Assembly (NCBI GenBank): GCA_038087875.1 | Contig: CM075988.1 | Span: 13,270,001 to 13,330,000, forward strand | Direction: 5' to 3' | DNA: 60,000 nt | Source: Malacoraja senta | Taxonomy: Eukaryota | Shown here: one piece after another, positions 24,585 through 36,478 of the stretch | Layout of the letters: the number at the start of each line of letters is the position of its first letter | Numbering within the stretch: position 1 is the stretch's first letter | The notes under the pieces: generated by a model | The model's database searches: none | What the model saw: only the letters and a program-made list of their open reading frames with translations | Told to the model about the DNA's origin: nothing | Made by a program: the position numbers and the translations under genes

Positions 24585-24900
24585 TAGAGGCAGAATTAGG
24601 CTATTCAGACCATCAAGTCTACTCCACCATTCAATCATGGCTGATCTATCTTTTTCTCTCAACCCCATTCTCATCCATTCTCACCATAACCCTTGATACC
24701 CTTACTAATTATTTTCCAATCTTTGCCTTTAAAATACCCAATGACTTGGCCTGCATAGCGTTCTGTGGAAATGAATTTCATTGATTCACCACTCGCTGAC
24801 TAAAGAAGTTCCTCCTCATCTCCTTTCGAAAGGTACGTCCATTTATTCTGATGCTATGCCCTGTGGTCCTAGACTCTCCGACAAGTGGAAACATCCTCTC
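24585..24900 (-). mobile_element. CR1 3' end
   Basis: GCAGAATTAGGCTATTCAG...ATTCACCACTCGCTGACTAAAGAAGTTCCTCCTCATCTC. Confidence 0.85.
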
Positions 24901-25127
24901 CAAGAACTGGTGAACATCAACTTACAAATTCAAATTACAAAACAAGAGATTGCATATTACTCTTTAAACAACAGATGCTGAGAGAGTGCAATGGATACTA
25001 TATAATTATATTTTATAGGTGTTTCTTTTAGAACAAAAATTCAAACACACAGCACTGGCATTTTAGTCCCAAACTTTACTTTATTGCAGTTACTATTCCA
25101 TCCAAAATTATATTTCATAGTTATATC

Positions 25128-25530
25128 GGGTGGTGCAGTGGTAGAGTTGCAGCCTTACAGTGCAAGAGATCCAGGTTTGATCCTGACTATGGGTGCCGTC
25201 TATACAGAGCTTGCACGTTCTCCCTGTGACCATGTGGGTTTTCTCCCATATTCCAAAGACATGAAGAAGGTTCTCGACCTGAAACGTCACCCATTCCTTC
25301 TCTCCAGAGATGCTGTCTGTCCCGCTGAGTTACTCCAGCTTTTTGTGTGTATCTTCGATTTAAACCAGCATCTGCAGTTCCTTCCTACACAGGTCAATAG
25401 GTTAATTGGCTTCTGAAAATTCTTCTTAGTATGTGGGATTGAACTAGTGTATGGACGATCGTTGGTTGGCACAGACTTGGTGGGCCACACGGCCTTTTTC
25501 CATGCTGTATCTCAAAACTAAACTAAACTA
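25128..25530 (+). mobile_element. HE1/V-type SINE with a Penelope-like unit inserted at 25262-25390
   Basis: SINE colinearity broken between CCAAAGACAT and AGGTCAATAGGTTAATT; (AAACT)n tail. Confidence 0.88.
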
Positions 25531-25597
25531 ATGGTAGACTAGATCCAGAATGGACGATGGATTAGTTTGTAGATGATACAAAATCAAGAGTCCAGGC

Positions 25598-26000
25598 ACG
25601 AAACGTCACCTATCCATGTTCTCTAGAGATCCAGTCTGACCTGCAGAGTTAATCCAGCATTTTTTGTTTGTTAGAACATAGAAAATAGAACAGGACAACA
25701 CAAGAACAGACCATTCAGCCCAGAATGCCTGTGCCGAACATGTTGCTAGGACCATCACTTATCGGCCTGCACCGAACCCATTTCCTTCTATTCCCTGCAT
25801 ATCCAGATGCCTATCCAAAAGTGTCACCAACATATCTGTAAATTGTAAATTATCCCTAGTATGTGTGGGAGAGTGCTAGTTACAGGGTGATTACTGGTTG
25901 GCGTGGACTTGTGTTTTTACATTGCATCGATGCTTACTGATCTGATGAGTGTTTCCATCACTTTTGCCTGTTGTCTTAGACTTCTAGCATCGCCAGTGTT
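25598..26000. mobile_element. Cluster of Penelope-like, CR1 (25675-25830 -) and SINE (25835-25912 +) fragments
   Basis: CGAAACGTCACCTATCCATG; TAGAACATAGAA tail; TGTAAATTATCCCTAGT. Confidence 0.65.
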
Positions 26001-26586
26001 TTAAATTTAATTTAAAATGCAATACATTGTTAAGCCAAATTAGTCAAATAATAGTCAAGGTAATGTAACAATGCGCCATGTTGCTCTATTAAGACAACAT
26101 TTTGAATACTGTACTAATTTCTCAAAAGCAAGACTAAGATACTTTGAAGCATTAAACGCTATAGTGAAGGGAAGAATTCCCATAGTCTGAGATGGAATTA
26201 TAAGTGTGAAAGAGTCAGGTTTTATATTTGTTCTAAAATGAGGCTGGAGGAAAGATAATCAAATGCAAATGTGCAAGATTGAGGAAGGGAAATAATTACC
26301 TTGGACTGGGACTTGATACCTGACTATAGGAGTTGAATCACAATAAATTTAGAATTCGTATTGAAACAATGAATATGTGGAAACAGCTTTCCAGATGGGC
26401 CTTCAGAGGAATAAATCATCAAATAATATTAACAGCAATTATATGCTGCAAGTGGGATTTTAAATTTCCCTTAAATAGGCTTCCACATTCATGGTTATTT
26501 AGTGGTTATCTGTCAGACTAAAATTAGATTGTGTTTAAGTAGACATAAATCATAACAATACTCAAAGAGGGACAATGAGATAATCA

Positions 26587-27185
26587 GAGACAAGAGACTA
26601 TAGATACTGGAAGCCTGAGTAAAAAGAAACAAACTGCTGGAAGAATTCAGCAGGTCAGACAGCATTTGTGGAGGGAAATGACCAGACGATGTTTTTGGTT
26701 GGGACCCTCCTTTGGGGTGATGGAGTAAAGAGAAGAAACCTGGAAGAGAGGGGTGAGGGGAAGGGATGGGACAAGAACTAGCAAGTGATGGGTGGATTCA
26801 GTTGGGGAGATGTTGATTGTCAGATTGGTCAGGTGGGGGAGAGATGGGTGGTGATAGAAAGCAATGCTGGAGGTGATGTGGAGAAGACAAATGGGTACAG
26901 ACCTGACAAGGAAACAAGGTGGGGAGTGAAATGTAGAAGCAGAGGGAGCGATGGTGGGTGGAAGGGAATTGGAGGGAGGGAAGGGAAAGGGGGGAAATTA
27001 GGAGACGGGTAGGTGAAGGAGGGGACAGGAACTTGGTGACAGGGGCAGGGTTAGTAGAAAAAAAGGTGTGTGTGGAGGTGGAGGAGAGACTGGATAGATG
27101 AAAAGTGTGTGAGGGTTTCCTGGATTGAATTCATTGTTCATGTCATTCAGCTTTAGGCTGCCCAAGCAGAAAATGAGATGCTGAA
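26587..27185 (-). mobile_element. Old Penelope-like 3' region
   Basis: Terminal repeat, purine-rich spacer, then TTCATTGTTCATGTCATT...GGCTGCCCAAGCAGAAAATGAGATGCTG (GIY-YIG end). Confidence 0.7.
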
Positions 27186-27563
27186 GTGATAATCAGAACA
27201 AAATTACTTTGCAGTATTAATGATCAAAACTAATAATTTAAGGTAAAAAATACCACAGATGCTGGAAGTATGGATTGAAACTACAAAGTGATTGACAGGA
27301 GGTTAACCAGCATCTGTAGGGAGAGAGTTAAAGTTTCAGTGCTTCTGATGACAGGTCAGCAACCGTAAACATCAATCATCTTCTCTCGTCACAGACACTG
27401 TTATTTTTATTTTTGTTTTCCTGACCATTCATTGATTTAATTCCCCATTTGTCAGGTTTTTTTTAGAATGAAATTTGCTTACCCTGTACATAATAGTGAA
27501 AATTAGTTGTAAAGAAAATTTTAATTGTAAAGACTCTTGGAGGGCAAGTAATGAAATTCAGTT

Positions 27564-27752
27564 TGTGTAGGAAGGAACTGCAGATGCTGGTTTACACTGA
27601 AGATAGACACAAAATGCTGGAGTAACTCAGCGGGTCAGGCAGCATTCCTTCGGAGAAAAGTAATAGGTGACGTTTTGGGTCGAGACCCTTCTTCAGACCT
27701 TATCTCCAGAGATTCAGCCTGACCCATTGAGTTACTTCAGCATTTAGTGCCG
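27564..27752. mobile_element. Fold-back Penelope-like short element
   Basis: Inverted arms; imperfect TSD AATGAAAT(T/A)CAG(T/G)T at 27550-27563 and 27753-27766. Confidence 0.85.
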
Positions 27753-29034
27753 AATGAAATACAGGTGTGGTGTAGCATCGCAGACTTGAAACATGGTTAT
27801 TTCTCTAACCAGTGATGCCATCTAACCTGGTGGGTGATTTCAGCGGTTCCTGAATGCCACGTTTTCATAACATTTTTCACAATCCAGTTTCAGGTTTAAA
27901 TTACAGATCATTGCCAAACAGTTTAAATGTTGAAACCTCTCGACATATTTTAACGGTATTTTACAACGGAGGCTTCCAAATCGATTTTCCTGTGCGGCTG
28001 AAAAATCAAAGTAACGGACGTTGAAACAAAATGAATTGGAATCCAAATTAAGTCAGCACTCCTGGGTCAACTAAAAGACCACGTTTTAAAAAAAAGATGT
28101 CATTTTGGAAAAAAGAAATAGAATGGAACTTAAAGCAATTTCTTAGCATTGATGATAATGAATCACTATTGTGTGCCTGAGGAAATATTGCAGGATGCTT
28201 GTGAAATTTTGTTCTCAGAAGCCTAATCCTAGCTTTTACAAGTAGAAGAGAAATGAGGTTTCCGTTAGCTGAACACACGCGCGCGAGTTCAGGTTACTAC
28301 AGCGGCTGGCAGCTCTCGAACGTTGACAGAAGTCTCCTTGAAGCGTTGAATCTCCAAGGGCCTCACATGGCCACCTCATTTTTATTGATTCCACACAATA
28401 TCTAATTCTATTAATCAGTTCAATTTCCCAGTGGGCACTGGTTTATTTCTATCATCAAACCTCTGATAAAATCTTTAGACACAATGTATTAAGCCCAATC
28501 ACAACAAATAGCTGATTGTGTTAACATGTCACAAGCTGTGAGGAGACAGCATTATGTTCTAATTTGAAAGGGAGTGAAGTGATAATACAGTGTGTAGTCT
28601 TTTTGTGAGCCTGCATTACTGCCTCTGCCTGAGATGGCAATTGACAGCAAATCGACTCCTTCTAATGGTATGTGAAGAAGATGAAATAGGGGTCATGGAG
28701 GAAATAAAGAATATTGACTGGAAAACTAGCTCCGCAGCGGCCTTTAATCCATTATTGCCCTTGATGGGGAGCTTTAGTGCAACTTTAGTGTCAATTGCAT
28801 TTGCATCTCTCTTCTTCCTCCTGTTTTGCACATTGTGCCAAGCCCAGCAGTGCTTGAATGCTAATATATATTTTCTAACACCCGTGTGTAAGCATAAATC
28901 AAGTACCAAGTCATTGAAAAACACGATTTACATCCTTCTACATTGTAACATGATTGTTTTTTAACAGGGGTAGTTACGTGGTAGTTGTGCCAGGCTTGAT
29001 GGCGGTCCTTGTAACTCAGGAGTATGAAGATAGA

Positions 29035-29330
29035 ATTCTCCAATTTCAGGTAACTAACCTACTAACAAGCCCTCCCTTTCCCTCTTTCTTCCCTGTGGCC
29101 CACCTGGATTCATTCCCCATCCCCTTGTCCCCTTCCACCTCTAGTCCTCCCCCTAGTTCACAATTAGGACCTCTTCTATCCTTATCTCACACTTTTTGTC
29201 TCTTCATCTCTGGCCTTTGTCCAACCATTTACCTATTGGCCCCCTCCCCCAATCACCTGTATCCACCTATTATTTGCCAGGCTCAGTCCTGCCCCCGCCT
29301 CGCTTCCACCCCTCTCCCACCAATATCATT
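29035..29330 (+). mobile_element. Penelope-like 3' UTR
   Basis: GAATTCTCCAATTTCAGGTAA (EFSNFR*), pyrimidine-rich spacer, CACCTGTATCCACCTATTATTTGCCAGGCT. Confidence 0.75.
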
Positions 29331-29532
29331 ACGTGGGTAGAACTGGAAAGATGAAGAAGCAGTCACCTGCTTCTGCATCCTCGTGGATATAATTAGCTTT
29401 GGTGAAAACGTTTAATTTTTTTAATGTAAATTCCATGTGCTCCCTTCAATACCATTGTTAACGATCAAGTGTCAACAGTGTTTTATTGTCTTGTAATGAT
29501 GTTTTCCCTTGTGGGAGAGTCTAGGACTAGAA

Positions 29533-32351
29533 ACATAGAAACATAGAAATTAGGTGCAGGAGTAGGCCATTCGGCCCTTCGAGCCTGCACCGCCATTCAA
29601 TACGATCATGGCTGATCATCCAACTCAGTATCCCGTACCTGCCTTCTCTCCATACCCCCTGATCCCCTTAGCCACAAGGGCCACATCTAACTCCCTCTTA
29701 AATATAGCTAATGAACTGGCCTCGACTACCCTCTGTGGCAGAGAGTTCCAGAGATTCACCACTCTCTGTGTGAAAAAAGTTCTTCTCATCTCAGTTTTAA
29801 AGGATTTCCCCCTTATCCTTAAGCTGTGACCCCTTGTCCTGGACTTCCCCAACATCGGGAGCAATCTTCCTGCATCTAGCCTGTCCAACCCCTTAAGAAT
29901 TTTGTACGTTTCTATAAGATCCCCTCTCAATCTCCTAAATTCTAGAGAGTATAAACCAAGTCTATCCAGTCTTTCTTCATAAGACAGTCCTGACATCCCA
30001 GGAATCAGTCTGGTGAACCTTCTCTGCACTCCCTCTATGGCAATAATGTCCTTCCTCAGATTTGGAGACCAAAATTGTACGCAATACTCCAGGTGTGGTC
30101 TCACCAAGACCCTGTACAACTGCAGTAGAACCTCCCTGCTCCTATACTCAAATCCTTTTGCTATGAAAGCTAACATACCATTCGCTTTCTTCACTGCCTG
30201 CTGCACCTGCATGCCTACTTTCAATGACTGGTGTACCATGACACCCAGGTCTCGCTGCATCTCCCCTTTTCCTAGTCGGCCACCATTTAGATAATAGCCT
30301 GCTTTCCTGTTTTTGCCACCAAAATGGATAACCTCACATTTATCCACATTATACTGCATCTGCCAAACATTTGCCCACTCACCCAGCCTATCCAAGTCAC
30401 CTTGCAGTCTCCTAGCATCCTCCTCACAGCTAACACTGCCCCCCAGCTTAGTGTCATCTGCAAACTTGGAGATATTGCCTTCAATTCCCTCATCCAGATC
30501 ATTAATATATATTGTAAATAGCTGGGGTCCCAGCACTGAGCCTTGCGGTACCCCACTAGTCACTGCCTGCCATTGTGAAAAGGACCCGTTTACTCCTACT
30601 CTTTGCTTCCTGTTTGCCAGCCAGTTCTCTATCCACATCAATACTGAACCCCCAATGCCATGTGCTTTAAGTTTGTATACTAATCTCTTATGTGGGACCT
30701 TGTCGAAAGCCTTCTGGAAGTCCAGATACACCACATCCACTGGTTCTCCCCTATCCACGCTACTAATTACATCCTCGAAAAATTCTATAAGATTCGTCAG
30801 ACATGATTTACCTTTCGTAAATCCATGCTGACTTTGTCCAATGATTTCACCACTTTCCAAATGTGCTGCTATCCCATCTTTAATAACTGACTCTAGCAGT
30901 TTCCCCACTACCGATGTTAGACTAACTGGTCTGTAATTCCCCGTTGTCTCTCTCCCTCCCTTCTTAAAAAGTGGGGTTACGTTTGCTACCCGCCAATCCT
31001 CAGGAACTACTCCAGAATCTAAAGAGTTTTGAAAGATTATTACTAATGCATCCACTATTTCTGGAGCTACTTCCTTAAGTACTGGGATGCAGCCTATCTG
31101 GCCCTGGGGATTTATCGGACTTTAATCCATTCAATTTACCCAACACCACTTCCCGACTAACCTGGATTTCACTCAATTCCTCCAACTCCTTTGACCCGCG
31201 ATCCCCTGCTATTTCCGGCAGATTATTTATGTCTTCCTTAGTGAAGACGGAACCAAAGTAGTTATTCAATTGGTCCGCCATATCCTTGTTCCCCATGATC
31301 AACTCACCTGTTTCTGACTGCAAGGGACCTACATTTGTTTTAACTAATCTCTTTCTTTTCACATATCTATAAAAACTTTTGCAGTCAGTTTTTTTGTTCC
31401 CTGCCAGTTTTCTTTCATAATCTATTTTTCCTTTCCTAATTAAGCCCTTTGTCCTCCTCTGCTGGTCTCTGAATTTCTCCCAGTCCTCCGGTATGCTGCT
31501 TTTTCTGGCTAATTTGTACGCATCATCCTTCGCTTTGATACCATCCCTGATTTCCCTTGTTATCCACGGATGCACTACCTTCCCTGATTTATTCTTTTGC
31601 CAAACTGGGATGAACAATTTTTGTAGTTCATCCAAGCAGTCTTTAAATGTCTTCCATTGCATATCCACCGTCAACCCTTTTAGAATTAATTGCCAGTCAA
31701 TCTTGGCCAATTCACGTCTCATACCCTCAAAGTTACCTTTCTTTAAGTTCAGAACCATTGTTTCTGAATTAACAATGTCACTCTCCATCCTAATGAAGAA
31801 CTCAACCATATTATGGTCACTCTTGCCCAAGGGGGCACGTACATCAAGACTGCTAACTAACCCTTCCTCATTACTCAATACCCAGTCTAAAATAGCCTGC
31901 TCTCTCGTTGGTTCCTCTACATGTTGATTTAGATAACTATTCCGCATACATTCCAAGAAATCCTCTTCCTCAGCACCCCTGCCAATTTGATTCACCCAAT
32001 CTATATGTAGATTGAAGTCACCCATTATAACTGTTTTGCCTTTGTCGCACGCATTTCTAATTTCCTGTTTGATACCATCTCCAACTTCACTACTACTGTT
32101 AGGTGGCCTGTACCCAACACCCACCAGCGTTTTCTGTCCCTTAGTGTTTCGCAGCTCTACCCATACCGATTCCACATCCTCGAAACGAATGTCCTTCCTT
32201 TCCATTGCGTTAATCTCCTCTCTAATCAGCAACGCTACCCCACCTCCTTTTCCTTTCTCTCTATCCCTCCTGAATATTGAATAGCCCTGGATGTTCAGCT
32301 CCCAGCCTTGGTCACCCTGGAGCCATGTCTCCGTGATCCCAACTATATCAT
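29533..32351 (-). mobile_element. Young CR1 (HER1-like) LINE, 5'-truncated within the endonuclease domain
   Basis: (GTTTCTAT)n tail, 3' stem-loop region, about 2.7 kb of ORF2; probable TSD CTAGAA (29527-29532, 32356-32361). Confidence 0.97.
29625..32350 (-). pseudogene. CR1 ORF2: APE endonuclease + reverse transcriptase, single frameshift near 31082
   Basis: APE motifs DIVGITETW, YRPP, GDFN, LDWV, SDH; RT motifs [36 protein letters not shown]; apparent 2-bp loss in HPRVLKE joins the two ORFs. Confidence 0.95.
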
Positions 32352-32355
32352 TGCC

Positions 32356-32558
32356 CTAGAAGTCATTGCCTCAGAGGATATTTTTAAGGTAGAGATAGAT
32401 AGATTCTTGATTAGTATAGGTGTCAGACAGTATGGAGAAAAGGCAGGGGAATGGGGTTAGGAGGGAGAGATAGATCAGCTATGATTGAATGGCGGAGTAG
32501 ACTTGATGGGCTGATTGGCCTAATGCTACTCCTATTCCTTATGACCATATGACCTTAT
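32356..32558 (+). mobile_element. Older CR1 3' fragment (left part at 29498-29532), target of the young CR1
   Basis: GATGTTTTCCCTTGTGGGAGAGTCTAGGACTAGAA | GTCATTGCCTCAGA...GATTGAATGGCGGAGTAGAC...(TATGACC)2. Confidence 0.8.
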
Positions 32559-32560
32559 AA

Positions 32561-32782
32561 CCTGAAACGGAACAATGAAATTCTTATTTGCAGTAGCACA
32601 CTAGACACCCAAAATGAGTACTCTGTAAACACCATCATAAACAACAATATTGTATTATTATTTATTGTATACTGTATTTATTGTTCTGCTATAGTGTTAA
32701 TGTACATATAAGGCTGCAACAAGTCAGAAGTGCCTTGTTCTAGCCCTGGTACATATAACAATTAAACTTGACATTTCTTGAC
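32561..32782. mobile_element. Inverted pair of Rex/L2-like 3' tails (left tip at 29465-29496)
   Basis: CCTGAAACGGAACAATGAAATTCTTATTTGCAG matches 54980-55045; opposite-orientation copy GCTGCAACAAGTCAGAA...ACAATTAAACTTGAC. Confidence 0.6.
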
Positions 32783-33271
32783 ATTTGGGTACAGTGATAT
32801 GATACAGTGGAACCAAATTTCCATCTGGTGGGCACAGTCGAAAACTGAAATATCAGCGGGATGCGTAAATGCAATTATATATGGTGGGCATTAATAAATA
32901 CACACTGATATACCAGTGTGGAGTGGGAAATTGACATTTAATGGATACATATACAAGATTTTAAAAGTAATGTGCTCAAGGGAAGTTAACATCAATTGTG
33001 GTCTTCAGGAGAGGTGGGTGTCAGAGGCCAGGGTTAATTAAACCAAAGTGTACACATGTAAGGCATTTCCCAAATGAAGGACATTAATTTAATTTGTATT
33101 TTTAAATCTCCATTCTAAAAGTTTGTTTAGACTTGTATACTTATATACTCATCACATTGTTTTCGCACTCTCCCAACACCGATTGTGCTGGAAGGAAGAT
33201 ATTATTGAAAAGTATCTATGCTAGTAGTCTCTATTATTGAGATAAACTATAGCAATTTACAATATCAAATG

Positions 33272-33273
<2 letters not shown>

Positions 33274-33363
<90 letters not shown>
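33274..33363. repeat. (TG)45 microsatellite
   Basis: Uninterrupted dinucleotide run. Confidence 0.99.
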
Positions 33364-33364
<1 letters not shown>

Positions 33365-35109
33365 ATGTGTTTGTGTGTAGTAATAAAATATGTAATATAT
33401 ATTTGTACCCTGTTAAACAAATTAGATAATTCAACAAATTACATAATTGTATGTACCCTTTTTGGTTCTACCTATCACATAGAAGCCTTTGTCCCACACA
33501 TTTGCCTTCCCTCTGTCTGCCCATTATCCATGCCACTATCAACATGACCATAGCACCTATCACCTAGCAGCCTTAATCTGAACCCATCCCATTAGCTCTG
33601 CTATGTACTGGCAATCTTTCCTGTTTCCTCTCATTCATGACCTGAAACATCAACTTACACTTTTTGTCTCCACATATGTCACTGAGTTCTTCCAGTCATC
33701 TGCTTTTGTTTGAGATCATTTAATAACTTGCTGGGTGAGTCTATTGTTGTTTCATCAGCTTACTTTAATTGCTCTCCATAAATATATTATCCTAATAGTA
33801 ACAAAGGTCTGTTAAAATGACAGAAAACAGGATCTTCAGAGTGGTGTTGAGGTTTTTAATGGCGGAATCCTCTCCTCTGGAACAGGTTGTGATGTTTTGC
33901 CATATAGAAGTTGCCATATAATTGCAAGTTCTTCTTATAATACAATAAGAAGTAACAGCTAGCCTGGGTTAATGGCCACCTCAGCGAGATTACCACAACT
34001 TTTAAGTTGCTTAATAAAACTCTGAAGAACTGAGCAATCAATATTTTCTTCAGCAAGAAAAGCCACATCCTTGGCCATCCACAATGCTTCCCTGCCACTT
34101 AGAAATGCACACTTAAATATTTATTGAAGCGATAATCAATATCCTCACTTTGTGTCAATTCTTAGTTAAACAGTAGCCAGTAAAATGAAATTGATTATAA
34201 CTAGGATCAAAAGTAATTTACTGTGCACAAAATTCAATATGGAGGCAAAATATTGGTAGGGGATTCACGAAATGGAAAAATTAAATAAAGACTCAGTGTT
34301 ATTTATATATAGATATAGATTTTCAATTTATAAACAAACATTAGCATTTGTACTACTGGGGAAATCACTCCACTTTCCCAAAGCCCTGCATCTGTATTCC
34401 CAGAAGCGAAGAGACAGCTGCTCATTTTATGTTGTCTCAACCTATGCTGACCCCCATTTTCCTCCAGAAAATGGCAGAGATATGGTCGAAATTAGTTTTA
34501 TTACTCTCTCCTGCTGCAGCCAGCCTACTTGTGATATGACAAATATTTCAGGCATTATGGTGCCCCTGTCCCTTATTAGCACTAACACACTCACTAAAAT
34601 GCTAAATCATTGCTTCATTTACGAGGCTGGCACTCCAGATCACAGTTGGTTGAGAGACGGTGGCATTTCCATTATGTTTGATGCATCAGTGCTAACTATT
34701 TGAGTGGCTTTATACTGAGACAATAATATTAGATGAATATGTGCCTTGTTTTTGTAATGCCCTATACTTTCTTTTCTTCATCATTAACCTATAACAAGGT
34801 TACAAATGAATCATGTTTCACTTGCAAATAGTTTTGAGTTAGTGCACTGAACAACATGTGAGCTTTTTTTATCAACTTTTTACTTTGTAAGCATCTGAAT
34901 ACTATTGTCAGTACATCTGCACTCATTTCAATGACCTAAGTCTTAACTGAGGTGGGACAAGTGGTCAGATATTTTAACTCATCATTTGTCTGGTGCTTCA
35001 CTTATATTTAATATCCCAATACATTTGTCAAAGATGCTAAGAAACGTTTCACGAACACCAATGTAAGAATCAATAATCACGAGCCGTGGGGTGTGGCTGC
35101 AAAATAAGA

Positions 35110-35670
35110 AGCCAGACATTTAAACCTGAGGTGCGGAGAAAGTCCTTCTGTTGGAGGGAAAAGTATCTCTAGAATTCTTTCCCTGCTTTTTCCCCACCCT
35201 TGAGGGTGTTGGAAGCCACATCAATAGATGTATTTAAGGTGGATAGATATTTGTAATATGAGAAGAAGGAGGGTTATGACAATCTGGCGTAGAAGAGGAA
35301 GATGAAGCTGGCAGAGCCAAGAGAGTTAATAAATCATCTACGATTAGATTGAATGGCATGGGCATGTTTGAAGGACCTGGTGAACTACCACTGCTCCTAT
35401 TTTACAGAATTCTTGGATCGAGAAGAGAGATTGCTTTTTCACCCAGTGGCTCCCAGCAACCTATAGTCCTCTGCATGAAGGGATGATTGAAGCAGAACAC
35501 ACTCAAGAGATTTAAGTAGCGCCCAAATGTGGTCTCAGACAAACACGGACTGCAGAGTTAAAGCTCAAGTGTGGAAGGTACAATTAAGATGGATGGTTCT
35601 TTATTAAATGGCATGGATATGATGGGCTGCATGGCTTTCTAGGTATACATATTCTTTGTTTCTATTCTAT
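35110..35670 (+). mobile_element. Two highly degraded CR1 3' fragments
   Basis: TTTAAGGTGGATAGATATTTG...TTGAATGGC...ACTGCTCCTATT; TTTTTCACCCAG...GATATGATGGGCTGCATGGC. Confidence 0.55.
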
Positions 35671-35992
35671 GCTGGAAGATTGAAATATAAACAGAAATTG
35701 CCTGACATTCTCGATGGGTCAGGCAGCATCATGGAAAGCAATTAAAGCATCCATTGATTTTCAAGTCTAGGACCTTTCATCAGAACTAAAAATGCCTTCC
35801 TAAATATAGGTCATTGATCTGATGGTTTGTCTGTTAGTTTGCAAGGCTTGGGTCAGTCACCAGAGACTTCAGACTTGAATCTGAAGAAAGGTCCTGACCC
35901 AAAACATCACCTATCCATGTTCTCCTGCTGAGTTACTCAGCACTTTGTGCCTTTTTTTGTAAACCAGTATCTACAGTTCCTTGTTTCTATAG
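35668..35992. mobile_element. Two Penelope-like terminal repeats in opposite orientation
   Basis: GGGTCAGGCAGCATC...GGACCTTTCATCAGA (-) and CTGAAGAAAGGTCCTGACCCAAAACATCACC...CAGTTCCTTGTTTCT (+). Confidence 0.75.
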
Positions 35993-36165
35993 TTCTTGAG
36001 ACTTCCCTGGATTGGAATAGAAAAGGTTATAAAGACTGCAGCATTTGGAAAAGGGCTGAGTCACTGCCAACAATTTGGGGATTTACAAAAATTAAATATT
36101 AATATTGCTATCCATTATAATTAATTATAATATTGCCATAAATTATATCATTGAAAGTTGAAGCT

Positions 36166-36478
36166 TTTTTTAGTTTAGTGGTGCAGCGCGGAAACAGTCC
36201 CTTCAGCCCACTGAGTCCGCGCTGACCAGTGATCCCCACATATTAACACTACCCTACACACACTAGGGACAATTTTTACATTTGCCAAGCCAATTTACCT
36301 ACATACCCCCTGTACGTCTTTGGAGTGTGGGTAGAAACCGAAGATCTCAGAGAGAACCCATGCAGGTCACGGGGAGAACGTAAAAACTCCGTACAGACAG
36401 CACCTGTAGTCGGGATCGAACCCGGGTCTGCGGCTCTGCATGCGCTGGAATGCAGCAACTCTACCGCTGCACCACTGT
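36166..36478 (-). mobile_element. HE1/V-type tRNA SINE
   Basis: Reversed B-box GGATCGAACC and A-box; CR1-like tail. Confidence 0.92.

Noticed and set aside
27475..27510. Recursive splice site on the minus strand (TACAG-G-GTAAGC)
   Set aside because: An extra G separates AG and GT, and the pyrimidine tract is weak
30013..32284. Plus-strand ORFs of 65-172 aa overlapping the CR1
   Set aside because: Antisense shadows of ORF2 with no independent motifs
33218..33547. ORFs with VCVC/HTHT runs
   Set aside because: Translation of the (TG)n microsatellite
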